Of a DNA stretch of 64,000 nt, positions 37,423 to 51,500 are shown one piece after another (position 1 is the first letter of the stretch; the number at the start of each line of letters is the position of its first letter). The stretch lies in the NCBI GenBank assembly GCA_028279595.1, contig JANQNK010000006.1, positions 137,951 to 201,950 on the forward strand, in the 5' to 3' direction. Position numbers and translations under genes: made by a program. The DNA comes from Thermoplasmatota archaeon. Its GTDB lineage: Archaea; Thermoplasmatota; JAKEGO01. The notes below the pieces were generated by a model. That model was not told where the DNA came from, made no database searches, and saw only the letters and a list, made by a program, of their open reading frames with translations.

Positions 37423-39744
37423 TTACTTCCACCGGGTCCTTTTGTCGAATCCGATGATCCTCAGGGCGAGCACGAGAAGGGCAGCGAAGACCACGACCAT
37501 CGCTCCGACGACGACAGGTGGTATCGGGTCGAAATCATCGTCCTTATCCTCGGATCCCACCTTCACGGGTGTCGAGGATGTTATGTCATATCCCTCGAAT
37601 GTCACCGTTGCGTTCCCGATCACATCCTTGGTGATGTTCCATTCGAATGTGTATGTACGCGTGCTCTCCGGGCCGAGGTCCTCGATGTCATTATCGTACA
37701 GTGTATCATTGCCCATCTGCACCAGGAGGTACAATCCCTTGGCGGTATAATCACCGTTGCATGATACTGTAACAAGTACGGTCCTTACCTCTTCAGAGGA
37801 TTTGCCGACCTCGATATCGACCGCTATCGTGGGAAGGTCCATCACCTCGATCGGTACCCGGATACCCAGGTTCCCAGCATCGTCGACCGCTCTCAGGGAA
37901 AAATACGAGGTATAGGGATGTCCAGTGATCGTTATCTCGGTATCGTTCGTCCAGAACGAGTGGTTACCGTCGATGATAGGTTCCCGATCCATATCGAGGA
38001 TCTCAACCTGGAACCCGATGACATCGAATTCTGGAGGAGAACCCCATTCGAGGTGCCATCCATGGTCCCATTCAAGGTCAGGCGTGATCGCGGATGGAGG
38101 TGTGTTGTCGATCGAATGAAAGAACAATGGATGCTCCACGACCTGACCGACCGAATCCACGATTTCCGCATCGAATGAATATCCTCCGTCCGGAACTGTC
38201 GATGTATCAACGGAAACATTGAGTACTGAATCGAATGTCCCGTTCTCTTCAGAATGGGATTCGACATATCCGTAGAACATCTTCCCATCGACCGATATGC
38301 TGACGTTCGCGATCACCTCGTTGTCATAGCCGTACATCCTGAACGTAATGTTGCCAGAGACGTTCCCATCCTTAGGCCATGGGTGATCCTGAACATCTCG
38401 GACCACCATGACCGTTCCGATCCACGGATCCGGTTCGTTGTCCACGACAAGCACGCGATGTCGATGGACAGTGAAGGCCCCGTCACTCGCGGATATGGTG
38501 AAGGTGTGAAGCCCTTCACTGAGCCCAGTCGTGTTGACATCGGTCGTGTATGAGCCGTTCCCGGGCATGGTTATCGTCGCGAAGTCATCGATCATCAGGG
38601 TGACCACGATATCGTTGTCATCACTCGCATTGGCGATGAATATGACCGTTCCGTTTATCGAAGGACCCTCCGGACCGCGATATTTGAGTGAAGGAGGATC
38701 GAAGTCTGTGTTCGATACATTGACTGTGATCGTTTCCCTGGTCGTCGTGCCGGTATCATCCTCTACCCGGAACTCGATCTCGTGGGTCCCGTTTTGGACA
38801 TCAGTGGAGTTCCAGATCGTGGAATAGTGTCCATCCGAGCCATTTATTGCGACCCACGCACCTTCATCTACCCGATATTGGACGAGTTCGATCGATCTGT
38901 TCCTTATCTCGTTCCCAGATGCATTGAGGGCGAGCTCGAGCTGCCCGATGACATTGCCCGGTGGCGTTATGACCTCGATCTCGGGCGGGGTGGCGATCAT
39001 CCCCTGGACCGTGTACCGTGGGTTCCCCGACTCGTTTGCGAATACGGCGCAGACGATGTTGACGTTCTCATACTGGATATCGCTGAAATTGTCACCGTTC
39101 TTGTCAGTGTGATCGGCGCCGACCCAGACGGTCTCGTTCAGCCACCACTCGCCAGGCTGGAGTCGGGTATCGGCATCGATCGCCATGTCGAGGAATCCGT
39201 AGCCATAGTTGTCATTCGAGGTGTCAAGGTACCTCGATACAGGTTCGACGACGTAAGCTATCACATTGACCCCAAAGGGGTCCTGCTCTTCGTCAAGGAA
39301 CAGTCGCACCTTTACACGTATCTTTCCATCTCCAGCAGGGTGCATCTCGAGCTCCATCTCTATTTCAGGTAGATCTCGCTCTTCCGAATATTCGATGTCT
39401 GATTCGTATTCAGGCTGAGTTGCGATCCCGACCTCCTCGAGATAACCTCCGTCGAACTCGACTGTCGGATAGGACCTCTCGAAGGGATGGTACCTGTCCA
39501 TCCTTTCATCGGCGAGGTCGTTCTTATCGATGATAAGTGTGACGTAGGCGAAATCGAATCCTCTCTCCGTGTAAATGTTAGAAAGTCTGACGTTCGCCTT
39601 GTGACAGTCTGGACAATCTGACCGAGAGAAGTACTCTCCGATGACCAAACGGTCCTCTGCCTCGGATGTCCCGGATACGATGATAACGGCAGCGAACATG
39701 AGAAGGAACGCGACAAGCAGACGACTGGATGGCCCATATGTCAT
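37423..39744 (-). CDS. Secreted protein: thioredoxin-like CxxC (Omp28-like) domain, Ig-like repeats and C-terminal TM anchor
   Basis: Start reassigned to MTYGPSSR (signal peptide). EYFSRSDCPDC...YPTVEFDG, Big-like WNSTDVQNGTHEI repeats, FN3-like LRAVDDAGN. Confidence 0.82.
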   Translation of the reverse strand: MTYGPSSRLLVAFLLMFAAVIIVSGTSEAEDRLVIGEYFSRSDCPDCHKANVRLSNIYTERGFDFAYVTLIIDKNDLADERMDRYHPFERSYPTVEFDGGYLEEVGIATQPEYESDIEYSEERDLPEIEMELEMHPAGDGKIRVKVRLFLDEEQDPFGVNVIAYVVEPVSRYLDTSNDNYGYGFLDMAIDADTRLQPGEWWLNETVWVGADHTDKNGDNFSDIQYENVNIVCAVFANESGNPRYTVQGMIATPPEIEVITPPGNVIGQLELALNASGNEIRNRSIELVQYRVDEGAWVAINGSDGHYSTIWNSTDVQNGTHEIEFRVEDDTGTTTRETITVNVSNTDFDPPSLKYRGPEGPSINGTVIFIANASDDNDIVVTLMIDDFATITMPGNGSYTTDVNTTGLSEGLHTFTISASDGAFTVHRHRVLVVDNEPDPWIGTVMVVRDVQDHPWPKDGNVSGNITFRMYGYDNEVIANVSISVDGKMFYGYVESHSEENGTFDSVLNVSVDTSTVPDGGYSFDAEIVDSVGQVVEHPLFFHSIDNTPPSAITPDLEWDHGWHLEWGSPPEFDVIGFQVEILDMDREPIIDGNHSFWTNDTEITITGHPYTSYFSLRAVDDAGNLGIRVPIEVMDLPTIAVDIEVGKSSEEVRTVLVTVSCNGDYTAKGLYLLVQMGNDTLYDNDIEDLGPESTRTYTFEWNITKDVIGNATVTFEGYDITSSTPVKVGSEDKDDDFDPIPPVVVGAMVVVFAALLVLALRIIGFDKRTRWK

Positions 39745-39964
39745 GTACGATATGATGTCCTCCGGGAACAAATAGGTTTCCAATAGCAGAATCCGACGAA
39801 AGAAAAGGTAATTCGACACACGCTCCAAAGCTGTCTGGGTTAATTCGAATCCCGTTCCAATCTTTATATGAATGTTACCGAAATATATATATGAAGACGG
39901 AATATACTTCCGCAGGATGGGTCCTGGGAAGCCAGACCCAGTAGCAAAATGTAGGTGATGTTCG

Positions 39965-42472
39965 ATGAAGACCCTCGTATTGATGATCGCGGTACTAGCC
40001 ACCATTTTCGTGATCGGAAGCGTTGCTGCGCAAACCGTGGAGAACGACGATACGACCCCAATTCGGTTGTACTTCCACTCCGACGGCAGTGATACGCAGT
40101 ACAACATGAGCTCGATGGGCCCAGGGAGCGGAGATGGAACCCAGATCCAGGCCGATGACGTACGTGACTATGTGCTCAATCAGACACTCAAGTTCGATCT
40201 ATTCGTCATAGGGGACGATCTCGGCGGCGGTCAGAAGGGATTCAAGGTCAACCTCGAGGTGGATTGCGATTCCACTCTGGGTGGCGACACCGAGGCACAG
40301 TTGCAGATAGTCAACGAATCCGATGACTCCATCGTCGCCGAGAGCGCATGGCTCAGTTCACAGACGAACTGGTCCGTACCGTTCGTCGATGGGGGTATCG
40401 ATAACTACACGTTCGTGATGGATTCACAGATCATCGTTCGGATAAAGGTCCGCACTGACGACGCCATAGCCGGATGGGCGAACATCGATACCATCGGTGA
40501 CTACTACCTTCAGGTCATTTGCTCACCGATAGAACTCAGGATGAGCGCTGAACTCTACGATTACAGCTCCCACAAGTGGTGGCTCAGCCCGCCGGAGATG
40601 GAAGAGGTATCGGAGGAGGAGGACGAGTTCCAGCCGAACATTCCCTCGAACCTGAGGTTCATGAACGTCACCGGAGAGGTCCGGAGCGCTTTCGGCTCGT
40701 ACGATGTAAGGCACGTCACCCTTTCGCTCTTCGAGGGCAACGGCGAGGGTACCGAGATCGTCATGGATGAACTGACCGTTCATGAGAACGAGTATCAGGG
40801 CAGCGACATCTACAAGTTCTACCACATCTGGTGGTGGAACATCAAGGACATCGTCGCGACGGACACCGCGAACAATGCCGACGATTATCGTTGGTACCCG
40901 ACCTACACGAACCCTGACGGGATCGAGTTCAGGTCCATCTACGGGAGCGCTACCTTCGACATGCTGGAGTATGCTGTTTTCATGGAGTTCCAGGACGGGA
41001 ACCAGACCACCTATACCACCGGTGAGCTCGGAAACGAGACGAGCGTCCATTTCACCGTCCATAACACCGGAATGTCCAACGAGCAGATCGACCTAGAGGC
41101 GAACTCGATCAAGGACTGGAACATCACGCTCGACAAGACGACATTCAGCCTCTCCGAGGGAGGATCAACCGAGGTGACCGCAACCATAGAGATACCCGGA
41201 GATGCCTCGGTCCACGATACGGACACAGCCCAGGTGGAGGCGACCATCGACGAAAACCTCGCGTTCAGAGAGACGGTCAACATAGAGATCGAGGCCACCG
41301 GGAGCATCAAGTTCGAGTTCATCAACACCGGGAACCTCTCCGAGACGGTCGGCCCGGGTGAGACGGCCACATACGGATTCAGAGTGACCAACGAGGGGTC
41401 CGAGCCGGAGTCCTTCGACCTGAGGAACGACGCTCTCGACAGCGGATGGACGATCACGTACGATCCGTCGAGCTCCAAGGACGAGCTGGACGACGGATCC
41501 TCCTGGGAGGTCGATGTCAAGATAAAGGCACCGAGCCAGGTGACCGCCTCGACTGTCCTGGTCGAGGAGATCAACATCTACGCATGGCCCGAGGGACGGA
41601 GCGACCTCGAACAGAGACTACTTACAACCACTACCCTGCAGGATTACGACATCATACAGGACATCACTCCCGAGACGGGTATCTCAGAGGTCGAGGAGAC
41701 CGACCCCGATTTCGAGTATAGTCAGGTCACCTTCGATATCGAGGCCTACAACGGCGAGGTCGAGACGGTCGAGGCATCCTTCGAGATCGATTACGATGCC
41801 AGCAACATCGACGGATCGGAATGGCTTATCATCGAACCGGACGACGCCGATATCGAGGCCGACGAGACCGAGATCTTCACCTACTTGTTCACACCGATGA
41901 AGGACATCGAACCGGGATCCTACCACGTCGAGTTCATAGTGCTCTTCGACGACGACGGAAAGAGCGAGAGCGGCGACCTCTTCATCGAGGTCGAGGAGTA
42001 CATCGAGATCGCCGCCGTCACCGTCAGCGAGGACAGTGTCAAGGTCGATGCGGAGGACAGGGTCACATTCCAGTTCGATCTCGTCAACAACGGGAACGCA
42101 GACGATGTGTTCGAGGTCAGAATATCCGGTGTAGACAGCGAATGGGACGTATGGATCGACGGGGTCAGCTCGGCGACGAACACGAAGGACATCGATCTTG
42201 ACCAGGGCGACGAGAAGACCGTCACCATCGAGTTCGTGTCTCCCGAACAGGCCGAGGGTGAGACCTTCGACATAACGGTCACCGTACAGTCGGAGAACGA
42301 CCCATCATACGAGGAGTCGCTATCCTTCACGATCAAGGTGGAGGAGAAGTCCGACGATCCGACAGGCCCTGAGATACTCGAGCGTATGTTACCGTTGATA
42401 GCTCTGGTGTTCGTGCTCATCATAATCTTCGCTATGTTCAAGAGGAAGTCCCGGAAGATGGAAAATCAGTGA
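39965..42472 (+). CDS. Secreted acidic multi-Ig (COG1470-like) surface protein with C-terminal TM anchor
   Basis: Signal peptide, VHNTG / VTNEG / LVNNGNADD repeats, TM helix plus basic tail. Confidence 0.85.
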   Translation: MKTLVLMIAVLATIFVIGSVAAQTVENDDTTPIRLYFHSDGSDTQYNMSSMGPGSGDGTQIQADDVRDYVLNQTLKFDLFVIGDDLGGGQKGFKVNLEVDCDSTLGGDTEAQLQIVNESDDSIVAESAWLSSQTNWSVPFVDGGIDNYTFVMDSQIIVRIKVRTDDAIAGWANIDTIGDYYLQVICSPIELRMSAELYDYSSHKWWLSPPEMEEVSEEEDEFQPNIPSNLRFMNVTGEVRSAFGSYDVRHVTLSLFEGNGEGTEIVMDELTVHENEYQGSDIYKFYHIWWWNIKDIVATDTANNADDYRWYPTYTNPDGIEFRSIYGSATFDMLEYAVFMEFQDGNQTTYTTGELGNETSVHFTVHNTGMSNEQIDLEANSIKDWNITLDKTTFSLSEGGSTEVTATIEIPGDASVHDTDTAQVEATIDENLAFRETVNIEIEATGSIKFEFINTGNLSETVGPGETATYGFRVTNEGSEPESFDLRNDALDSGWTITYDPSSSKDELDDGSSWEVDVKIKAPSQVTASTVLVEEINIYAWPEGRSDLEQRLLTTTTLQDYDIIQDITPETGISEVEETDPDFEYSQVTFDIEAYNGEVETVEASFEIDYDASNIDGSEWLIIEPDDADIEADETEIFTYLFTPMKDIEPGSYHVEFIVLFDDDGKSESGDLFIEVEEYIEIAAVTVSEDSVKVDAEDRVTFQFDLVNNGNADDVFEVRISGVDSEWDVWIDGVSSATNTKDIDLDQGDEKTVTIEFVSPEQAEGETFDITVTVQSENDPSYEESLSFTIKVEEKSDDPTGPEILERMLPLIALVFVLIIIFAMFKRKSRKMENQ

Positions 42473-42590
42473 TACTCGATAGGCCAATCCGACGGACAAG
42501 CCCCATCAGTTAACGATCAGTGTTCACTTGGTCTGGACCATCCTGGGTAAATGTGATCAGGCGGCCGGTGGGATATCCGCGGCTGCACGA

Positions 42591-45500
42591 TCACTCTATC
42601 GTGAACTCGTCCTCGCAACTCGGACACTTGATGTCCACCGGTCTCTCCTTCGGAATTATCAGGTTGTGTCCGCACGTCGGGCATGGAGCCACCATGATCT
42701 TCCCTATGTCCATGACCTCGGTCTCGATGGCCTTCGGTGCCTCAGGCTCGGGCTTCTTGATCGGGGCCATACCTGGAACCGTGGGTAGTTCAAGGCGTGG
42801 CGGCGGTGTGGCTGGCACCTCGGGAAACGCTTCGACCGGCGCTGCGGCCTCGGCCGGAGCTGCTTCGGCAGGTGCTGCTGCTACCGCGACTGCGGGTGGT
42901 TCCTCACCCTCTGAGAAGGCTGGTGGTCCCTCGAACTCGACCACGGCCTCGTAGACCTCCGCCTCGATGACGTCTACAGGTGCTGTCGGGGAGATCTCCT
43001 TCGCCATCTCCTCGGCCCTCTTCTTCTTCCTCTGTCTGGACATGCCAAGGAGAAGGACGACCACCACGACGGCGATCACAATTCCGGCGACGATCATGAT
43101 CGGGAACTCCGATTCATCGTCGCCCTCTTCGACGTAGATCGTCGTTTCCACGGAACTGATCTCCTCGAAGGTGTTCCCGTAAGCCTTCACCACGATATCG
43201 TGCTCTCCCTTAGGGAGCTTCGTCCTGACATAGAAGGTCATGCCGTCGATTGACGTCCCGTTCTGCCAGGACATCTCGTATCGCGTTTCGTCCACGAAGA
43301 GGTAGACCTCCGTTGGGAAGACGTTGGGCAACTCGTAGGTGAATATAACGGTAAAGGTGATCGTGTCGTCCTCGGTCGGGAAGTCGGGACTGTAGGTGAG
43401 CGAGCTGAGCTCGGGTGGCTCGGATATCGGTATGAAGACGCCGAAAGTCGACAGGTCCTCGAGGTCCGCTGTAATCGTACGGTCCTCGGTGTCCGTCTCG
43501 GTGTCGTCTATCGGCATCCACGCGGCGCCCACGAGGTGATAGATCTTCGCATCCTCGATGCCGTTGGTGTCATCGAGAGATGATGGATAGGTTATCTCCA
43601 TCCTTACGTCACGATACTCGCCCGCTCCGTACGGGACTACCTCCACGTATGCGTCGAGCGAGATCACTCCTGTCGGGATGTCGTCATCGTAGAAGCCGTC
43701 GCCTCCGAGTATGATCCTGTTTCCGACCCACGTGAGCTTGATACTGAATCCTCCCGATATCGAGAATTCGTTCGTCCTCTCCAAGAGGGTGGGTGTACCG
43801 GACATGGTCACGATGGGCCCGAGGTTCCCCTCGTCGTCGATAGCCCTCACCGCAAAGAAGTATGTTCCGTTGTCGGGGAGGACGACATGTATCCATTCGT
43901 TCTCTCCGGGCTCCTTCGGGACAAGGTCGTTCGTCACGTTGGTGGCGATGTCCCAGCGTCCCTCGCTCGTGATGTCCTCGTTGTCGTAGCGAATCAGATA
44001 TGCGGTAGCGCGTCCCTCGTCACCGTCGTCTCCCGGGGCGGTCCACGTGAGGTTCAGGGTGTCTCCGAAACCAACGTCCTCCGCGAGTGGACTGCCGATG
44101 CCGTCGGGTTCGATGACGTCGCCGATGGTGATCGGTCCGTCGCTGTATATGAAGACCTCGTTCTCGACGTCCTTCAGCTTGAACATGATGTAGTAGGACC
44201 CCTTGTCGACGCCGTCGGTGTCCCACTTGAACTCCGTCCTCGATTCCGTGAGAGCGGTCTCGGTGATCTCCTCGAACCCGCCGTTCGACCTTTCATCGTC
44301 CGTATCGTAGAATATGCGGACCTCGACCTCGTCACCGTCCTCGTCTGACACGTTGAAGTAGATCGTGAACTCGTCGCCCGGGTCGATCATGTCGTCGACG
44401 CCGTCGGGCTGGTCGATCTCGACGGTCGGGGGAACGTTCGGGGATCCCTCGCGGATCGGAAGGACGTACTCGGCATAGACCTTCGTCGGGTCCTCGTTCA
44501 CACCATCCTCGATGGTCGCATACAACCAGTAATCGCCTTCCGGTATGTCGGTGACGTCCCATTGATAGTCGTCCTTAGGCTGTCCGTTGTCATCCAGGGT
44601 GTCCTCGTAGAACACGCCGTCGTGGAGCTTGGTACCGTCGAAGTCCTCGTCGTCATCGTCGTAGTATATCCTGATCGTGGCATTGTTGTCGGGATCGTCA
44701 TCCTCCCACTGGATGAAGAACCACGACTGCTCCCCCTTCCAGACGGTATCGTCCACACCATCAGGGTTCGTGAAGCTGATGAGCGGTGGAACGTTCTTCC
44801 ACACCGTGACGTTGACGAGGTATTCGGGAGATACTCCGTCGCGCCTGTCGGTCGAGTTCGCCTGGAGCGTGTAGTTGCCCGGCTCCTCGTCCCGCGTGTC
44901 CCACGAAACGGTCCAGTTCCATCTGTTCCACGCGACCTTCTGCACCGGAACGAACAGAGTGTGCTGGTTCTGGACCTCGCCGTCCTCGATCCAGAACACG
45001 GTCAGGTCCACGGAGTCCAGCTCGTCGTCCGGGTCTATCGTGTAACCGGTCACGTCGACCTCACCGCTGAGGCGATCGGATTCCTCGGGGAAGGTGATGA
45101 ACGTCCGCGGTAGCGTATTGACGTTGTCGATCGATACGTTCCGACTGAGGACCTCCGAGATGTTCCCTCCGTCGTACGACATCGCATGTATGGTGTAGTT
45201 GCCGTCCTCGATCTCCGTCGTGTCCCATTCGAACTCCCAGAACCAGTATGGGTCCTTCGATCCGGATGTATCCTCGGCGTCCTGCCAGTCGCTTCCCTCG
45301 GGCTCCACTCCCCGTTCGGTGATCGCAACGTAGACGTCCGTCACGTTCCCGTCGTGGTCGGGATCCCTCGCAGTGCCGTTGATGGTTATGATGCCGACGA
45401 GCTCGTCGTCCTTCTTCGGCTCCTTTATCGAAACAGTGGGGTCATCGGGATTGTCAAGTGATACGTTGATGGTGACCGCCCTCGTCAGGTTCTCTCCGTC

Positions 45501-48500
45501 CCGAGCACGGGCATAGATATCGTAGACGCCATCATCGGTCCTGTTCGGTGACATCGTGTCCCACTCGTACTCCCACGAGAACCATGAGCCGTTCCCCGAT
45601 GTATCGTCCGCCTGGACCCAGTCGTTGAGGGAAGGCGACACGCCCTCGGGCATTATCGCGACCTCGACCTCGTCCATGTCGCCCTCTGGATCGTCGGCGC
45701 GGCCTTCGATCATGACAGTACCGTTCACATAGACATCATTCTCTGGCGCAGTGATGGTACAGTTCGGAGCCTGGTTGTCGACCAGTTCCACCGTTATCGT
45801 GAACACCTCGGAATACTCGAAGTTGTTGTCCTCCGAACGAACGTGGATATCGTGATCGCCTGGACTGTACAATGAGGTGTCCCAGTCGTAGGTCCAGTCC
45901 ATCGTACCCTGACAGGATTGCCATGACGACTCACTGTCGAACCTTATCTCGACGAGGATCACCTCGCCGTCGTTGTCGGTCGCGTTCCCAAGGATGACGT
46001 AGCTAGATGAACGGGAGATGCTTGCCCCGTCCTCGGGATCGAAGATCTGTACCCACGGTTTCTCGTTGGCCGGTTCGACCTCGTCGAACCACTCGGTGTG
46101 GCTGGTCGTCATATCGACGTCGCGCTGTTCGGACCATTGGGGTGTCTGGACATCGACCGTTGTGGTGTTCTGGGCAATCCCCAATTCACCATGGATCCTA
46201 TCTGTCACTATGATCCAACGTACGTAACCATCTGAATTGGTTGCAGGATCGGTCCCACCATATCCGTTCGAAGCGTAGATGACATCGTCATTGTCCTTGA
46301 CCTGGACATCGGCGCCTTCGAGGTCCTGGCCGTTCGTGTCGTTCACGTGGATGAGCAAGTAGTTCATCACGACCCATTGCCCATCCTCGACAGAGATCCC
46401 GCCAGAATAAGAGACGTTCAGTGTGGTTACGTTCGAATTGTCAACTTCGGTAGCTTGCTGAGATGAGATGGTCGAATTCTCGAGATAGACGTCAGTATCG
46501 TTATGGAGTATCAGTGCATATCGTGTATCGTCGATGGTGGATCGGACCATGCGGGTGTTATCTGTTTCGTATATGGTCATGCCATATACAGTGTCGATCA
46601 ACTCAACATTCGTGAGGTTTAACGAGGTCGAATTCTGAGAGTAAACTCCGATCCTGTTCCTTGAGAGGTCCCCTCTTATCGAGACCTCGTCACAATAGAC
46701 GGCCAGGATACCCTGTTGGTTGTTATGGACCACAACATCGACCATCGCACTGGAATTGACGATCCCGATGTAACCGTAAGTTCCATTGATGTAGGTCATA
46801 TCAGGTTGAGAGACGAGATATATCATCTCATGACCATCGACCGAATTACTTGTGTCGATGTCATGGAGATAATGAACCAGGCTCGTCCCCTCGACACCAA
46901 AGTTGTAACTATCTCCCTCAAGGCTCACGTTCCTCATGATGATCGATGTACTTTCGTTTAGCTTGATTCCTAAATATATGGAAATTACTTCGATGGATTC
47001 AAGGACCATATTTGATGAATTAACACAGTTGACTCCCAACGTATCACTCTTGATGTTGGAAGAAGTTATGTTGACGAAAGACGAATCGATAGATTCTATC
47101 CCGAACCTTGGCTGGTCGATATATATCTGTTCGAGATGGATCATTTCAGATCTCTCGATAACCACACCGTTCTCGGAGGTCGAAATGTTACATGACAACA
47201 TAGATATGTTCAAGGAATTGAAGATGTACAATCCATCGTCGTCTCCTGAAAGATCACATTGAGAGATCGTTACGTTCCCACAATCGTCAAGATAGATCCC
47301 AGTATCTACAGAATCGAAGGTATTGTTGAATATTACTATTTCGTCAACGTTATAGTAGCCAAGACCTTCATCATTGATATTGGTGAGTGATAGATCCATT
47401 GCTGTGATATTCCGTCCTTCAACGACCTGAATACCTGTGTCGCCCCTTTCGAATTCTGTACCTTGGATCAATACGTTCTCGCTATTGTTGATCATAATTC
47501 CATCATCGAGCGCCCAGAGTATGCTATTGCGAATCGTAAGATTATCCGAATCGACAGCATGGATCCCTGTTCCAGTGTTGAAATTGTTAGTGATATTGAC
47601 CGATTCGATGGTTACATTGTGGGATGAAATCGTTAATAGTACGATATCGTCAGAAGAAGAAATTTCTGAAGTGGATCCGTTTCCGAGAAGAGTGACCTCG
47701 AGGGTGATGTTCAGTACCTCACGATAGAGGCCATCCCAGATCCGAATCACATTTCCAATTGTTGCGTTATCCAGGCCCTTCTGGATCGTATCGAAGGGAT
47801 GCACACGGGAACCATCCATATCTGGATCCCCCGCATTGTCGTCGTCCACGTACAATATTCCCTCCTCAGACATGTTTACTACAAGCTCTTCGACATGCGA
47901 CCATGACATGTTGATCGTCAGGTTCGCCTCGGTCCCCTCGGCCATCGCATATGCTTTCGTCTCGTTCTCGATAGCAGTGCTCGAACCGTCGTAGATCCGA
48001 TCAGTCACAAGGACCCAGTCGATGTAACCGTTCTTCGCGGTCTTCGGATCGGTGCCGTTGTAGCCTGCGGAAGCATAGACCGACTCATCATTGTCGGTGA
48101 TGTTGACGTCGGCGTTATTCCATGGCTCGTTGTACTGGTTGATGACGCGGATCTGGAGGTAGTTCTTAACTGTCAGGGTCGATGAGATATCGACTGAGAC
48201 ACTGGAGAAGTCCGAATTGATTGTGGTCGCGGATCCCGTGGTAGCGACCGTAATGTCCGAAGATGTCGAACTAGAGATCGTCGTGTTCCCAATCCTACCC
48301 CCTATGGTCGAGTCGACGATTATACCACGATTCGAATCCGATATCGAACAGTTCTCTACCAGGAAGTTGTCAGAGAGAAGACTGAATGCCATCCCGTCGT
48401 TCGAAGATTCCGTCACATTGGTCGACAGGACCTGGACGAGGGATGACTGAGACGAGAAGATACCAAAGGTGCTGTTGATGATCATACAACCTGATACGAC

Positions 48501-51500
48501 GGTCTGGTCGCTATCAGATATCTCGATGCCATCATCACCGTGATCCTCGATCGAAACGGCCGAAATGTAGGCTCCGGGCACATCCTCGAGGTGGATGCCG
48601 TCGTTGGTGTTCTTTCTGATCGATCCACCGGTGATCATCACATTATCAGTATCGAGCATCCAGATGCCGGTGTTCGTGTTCCTGTTAGCGTCGATGTTGG
48701 TGATGTTGATCCACTGGGATGCTTCGGAACGGATGCCGTAGGAGCTATCCTCCGCCGTCGAATTGATGATCTCGACATCATGGGAGCCATCTATGTATAT
48801 TCCATACTCAGAGCCTGCTACTAGGACATCATGAATGGTCACATTCGTCATCGTGTTCGTGTCGATGGCAGCGTCGCCGGCTCCAGTGCCCGAGTTCGTG
48901 ATCCGGACACCACTGATCGTAACATCATTTGCATACAACCAGAGGACGTCACCGGTACCGAGACCGAAAATGGTCGTGTTCGCCGATCCGTTCCCAATGA
49001 TCCAAAGCCCAGTATGGTTGACAGTGACGTTCTCGTCGTAAGTGCCAGCCCAAACGCGGAGAGTGTGATTTATTGTAGCGTTCTCCATCCCTCTGAGAAT
49101 GGTATCGAATGGATGGTCGGGGGATCCGTCCATCTCGGGATCGCCTGTGTTGTCGTCATCGACGTACCAGGTCGGACCAGCATATGGTTCGATGTAGGTG
49201 AACTTCTCAGTGTGGCTCGTGGACATGTTGATATCACGATATTCGGTCCAGTTGCCAAACATCATCTCAATTGCTGTAACGTTCTCAATCGCAGTCGAGT
49301 TATCAGTGTAGGTCCTATCGGTGATGACAATCCAATGGGCCGTTCCGTTGGCACCTGTCTGTGGATCAGTTCCCCCATATCCATCGGTGGAATATACAGT
49401 TACGTTGTTATCGGTGATATGGATGTCAACGCCTTCTGTCGCAACGTTGGTCGCCTTCACAACGGAGACATGGAGGTAATTCTGAACGATGATATTCGAA
49501 TCTCCCCACACATTTACCGTGGTGAATGACGTGTTCAAGGTGGTAATGGATGACCCACCACACCAGATGTCATCACCCCAGTCATCTCCATCTTCTTCAA
49601 GTGTCGAGTTGACGATTTGGACTGAACTGTTGTCATCCAACCAAAGCGATTGAGAGAAATCGATGACAGAAATGTTCCGCATGTAATTATCGGGCGATCC
49701 GTCAAGGTAGATCCCTGTGACATCGCTGTTTCCACTGATAGAGGTGTTCACGATGGAGGAATCCCACATCATCACGTTGTTCGAGTCCCAATATTCGATC
49801 GCATTTCCGTGTGAATCATCCACGATGATGCAATCAAGGTTCTGAATGGAAATGTTCGTTGAGAACCACACAAAAAGACCATGCTCTGCCCGAACCGAAT
49901 TATCGACCATAACAACATTTTTAGACCGATTAACGAAGTATCCTCGCCAACCTGATGAGACCTCACAATTGCGGATCTCAACGTTCTCCGAATCACTGCT
50001 TACATTGATCCCATATGTTACGTCCTTGAATGTACAATTGGTGATCAACATGTTGGTTGCTTCGAGCATGATTCCAGCGTGGGAACTGTCGAACCTACAG
50101 TTCGTTACCGATATGTTTGTGATATTCCAATGTCCTTTTATTCCAAACCTCAATGCTCTCGATTCTGTTTTCGTGTGATCGAAATCAATATCATGAAATG
50201 CGAATCCATTCGATCTAGACATCTGGATACGACCGTATATCGTATTCTTCTGGATCCGGGTCCTGTCACCTCTACTATGTTCAATCGATTTGAGTTCTGA
50301 GTTCACGAGAACAGAGTCGTTCGTATACATCCTTAGAGTGATGTTCGTTTTTACATCGTCAAATGTACAAGAATCACCGTAGATCCAGATGTAGCCATCC
50401 TCAGTGTAGTTCAGATTCATGCTCTGAAGTGTGACGCTTTCGTTTACGATATCGAAGGTATATGTATCAACGAGCACCTCTTCGGTTCCATTCCCGATGA
50501 TGGTAACTGAAACGCTCACATTGACCAAGTCTTCGTAGTAGTACCCTTCATAGACAAGGATCGTATCCCCGTCCTCAGACGCATTGATCGCGTCCTGGAT
50601 GTGCTCGAAGTCCCTCCATGAGCCGTTGTCGTCGTCGACGATCCAGGTATTGGAATCATCGAGTGACATGAGAGGATATCTATCGTAAACATCTCCAGGG
50701 TCATCGATTTCGTATGCCTTATCTCCGATGTTATCTCCATCCGTATCCGTACCATCATAGTCGGACCAGTAATTACCATATGATTCGTAATCCCAGGTAC
50801 CGTTCTCTCCACCAGCACCCTGGGAGAATTCACCACCATTATCGATGAACCTGTTATGATGAATCTTAACCGAAGATGGTGAGCCTGAACCAGTAATTTG
50901 AATTCCATAATCCCCGTTGTCTGAGAATTCATTATCATGAATCATAAGAGAATCGAAATTCGTGAACTCGGAAAAAAAGATATGAATACCACGGTCGTTT
51001 GATGAAACTATTTCATTTTCGTTAAGGATGATAAGATCAGAATCGTGGAGCCTAATTCCATCAAATGATGAATTCGTAATATTATTCAATGAGATGTTTC
51101 CAGAAATCATCCTTGTATTTTGAATCCCATTGCCACAGCGATATATCGAATTCAGAGTGATGTCGATATCTTCATTGTCGTCAGTGAGGATTCCCCATCC
51201 AGAATCATTAATGATGTTATTGGATATTGTAATGTTATCGGAATCCTCGATATTTACTCCGACATTATTGTTGGATAGCATTGAATTGTTAACTTGAATC
51301 ATCGTCCCATGATCAATGATTAAACCGTTCAGACTTGACGAGATACTATTATTATTACAATAGATTGATTCTGACCTCAAGATCCTTATCCCTGCATAGG
51401 TAATATTATCATTATTGATACTAGTTACGTTGCAATTCTCTGAGTAGATGAGATCAATGCCAATAATACAACTTGAGATTCTCTGATCAGTGACGGTGAT

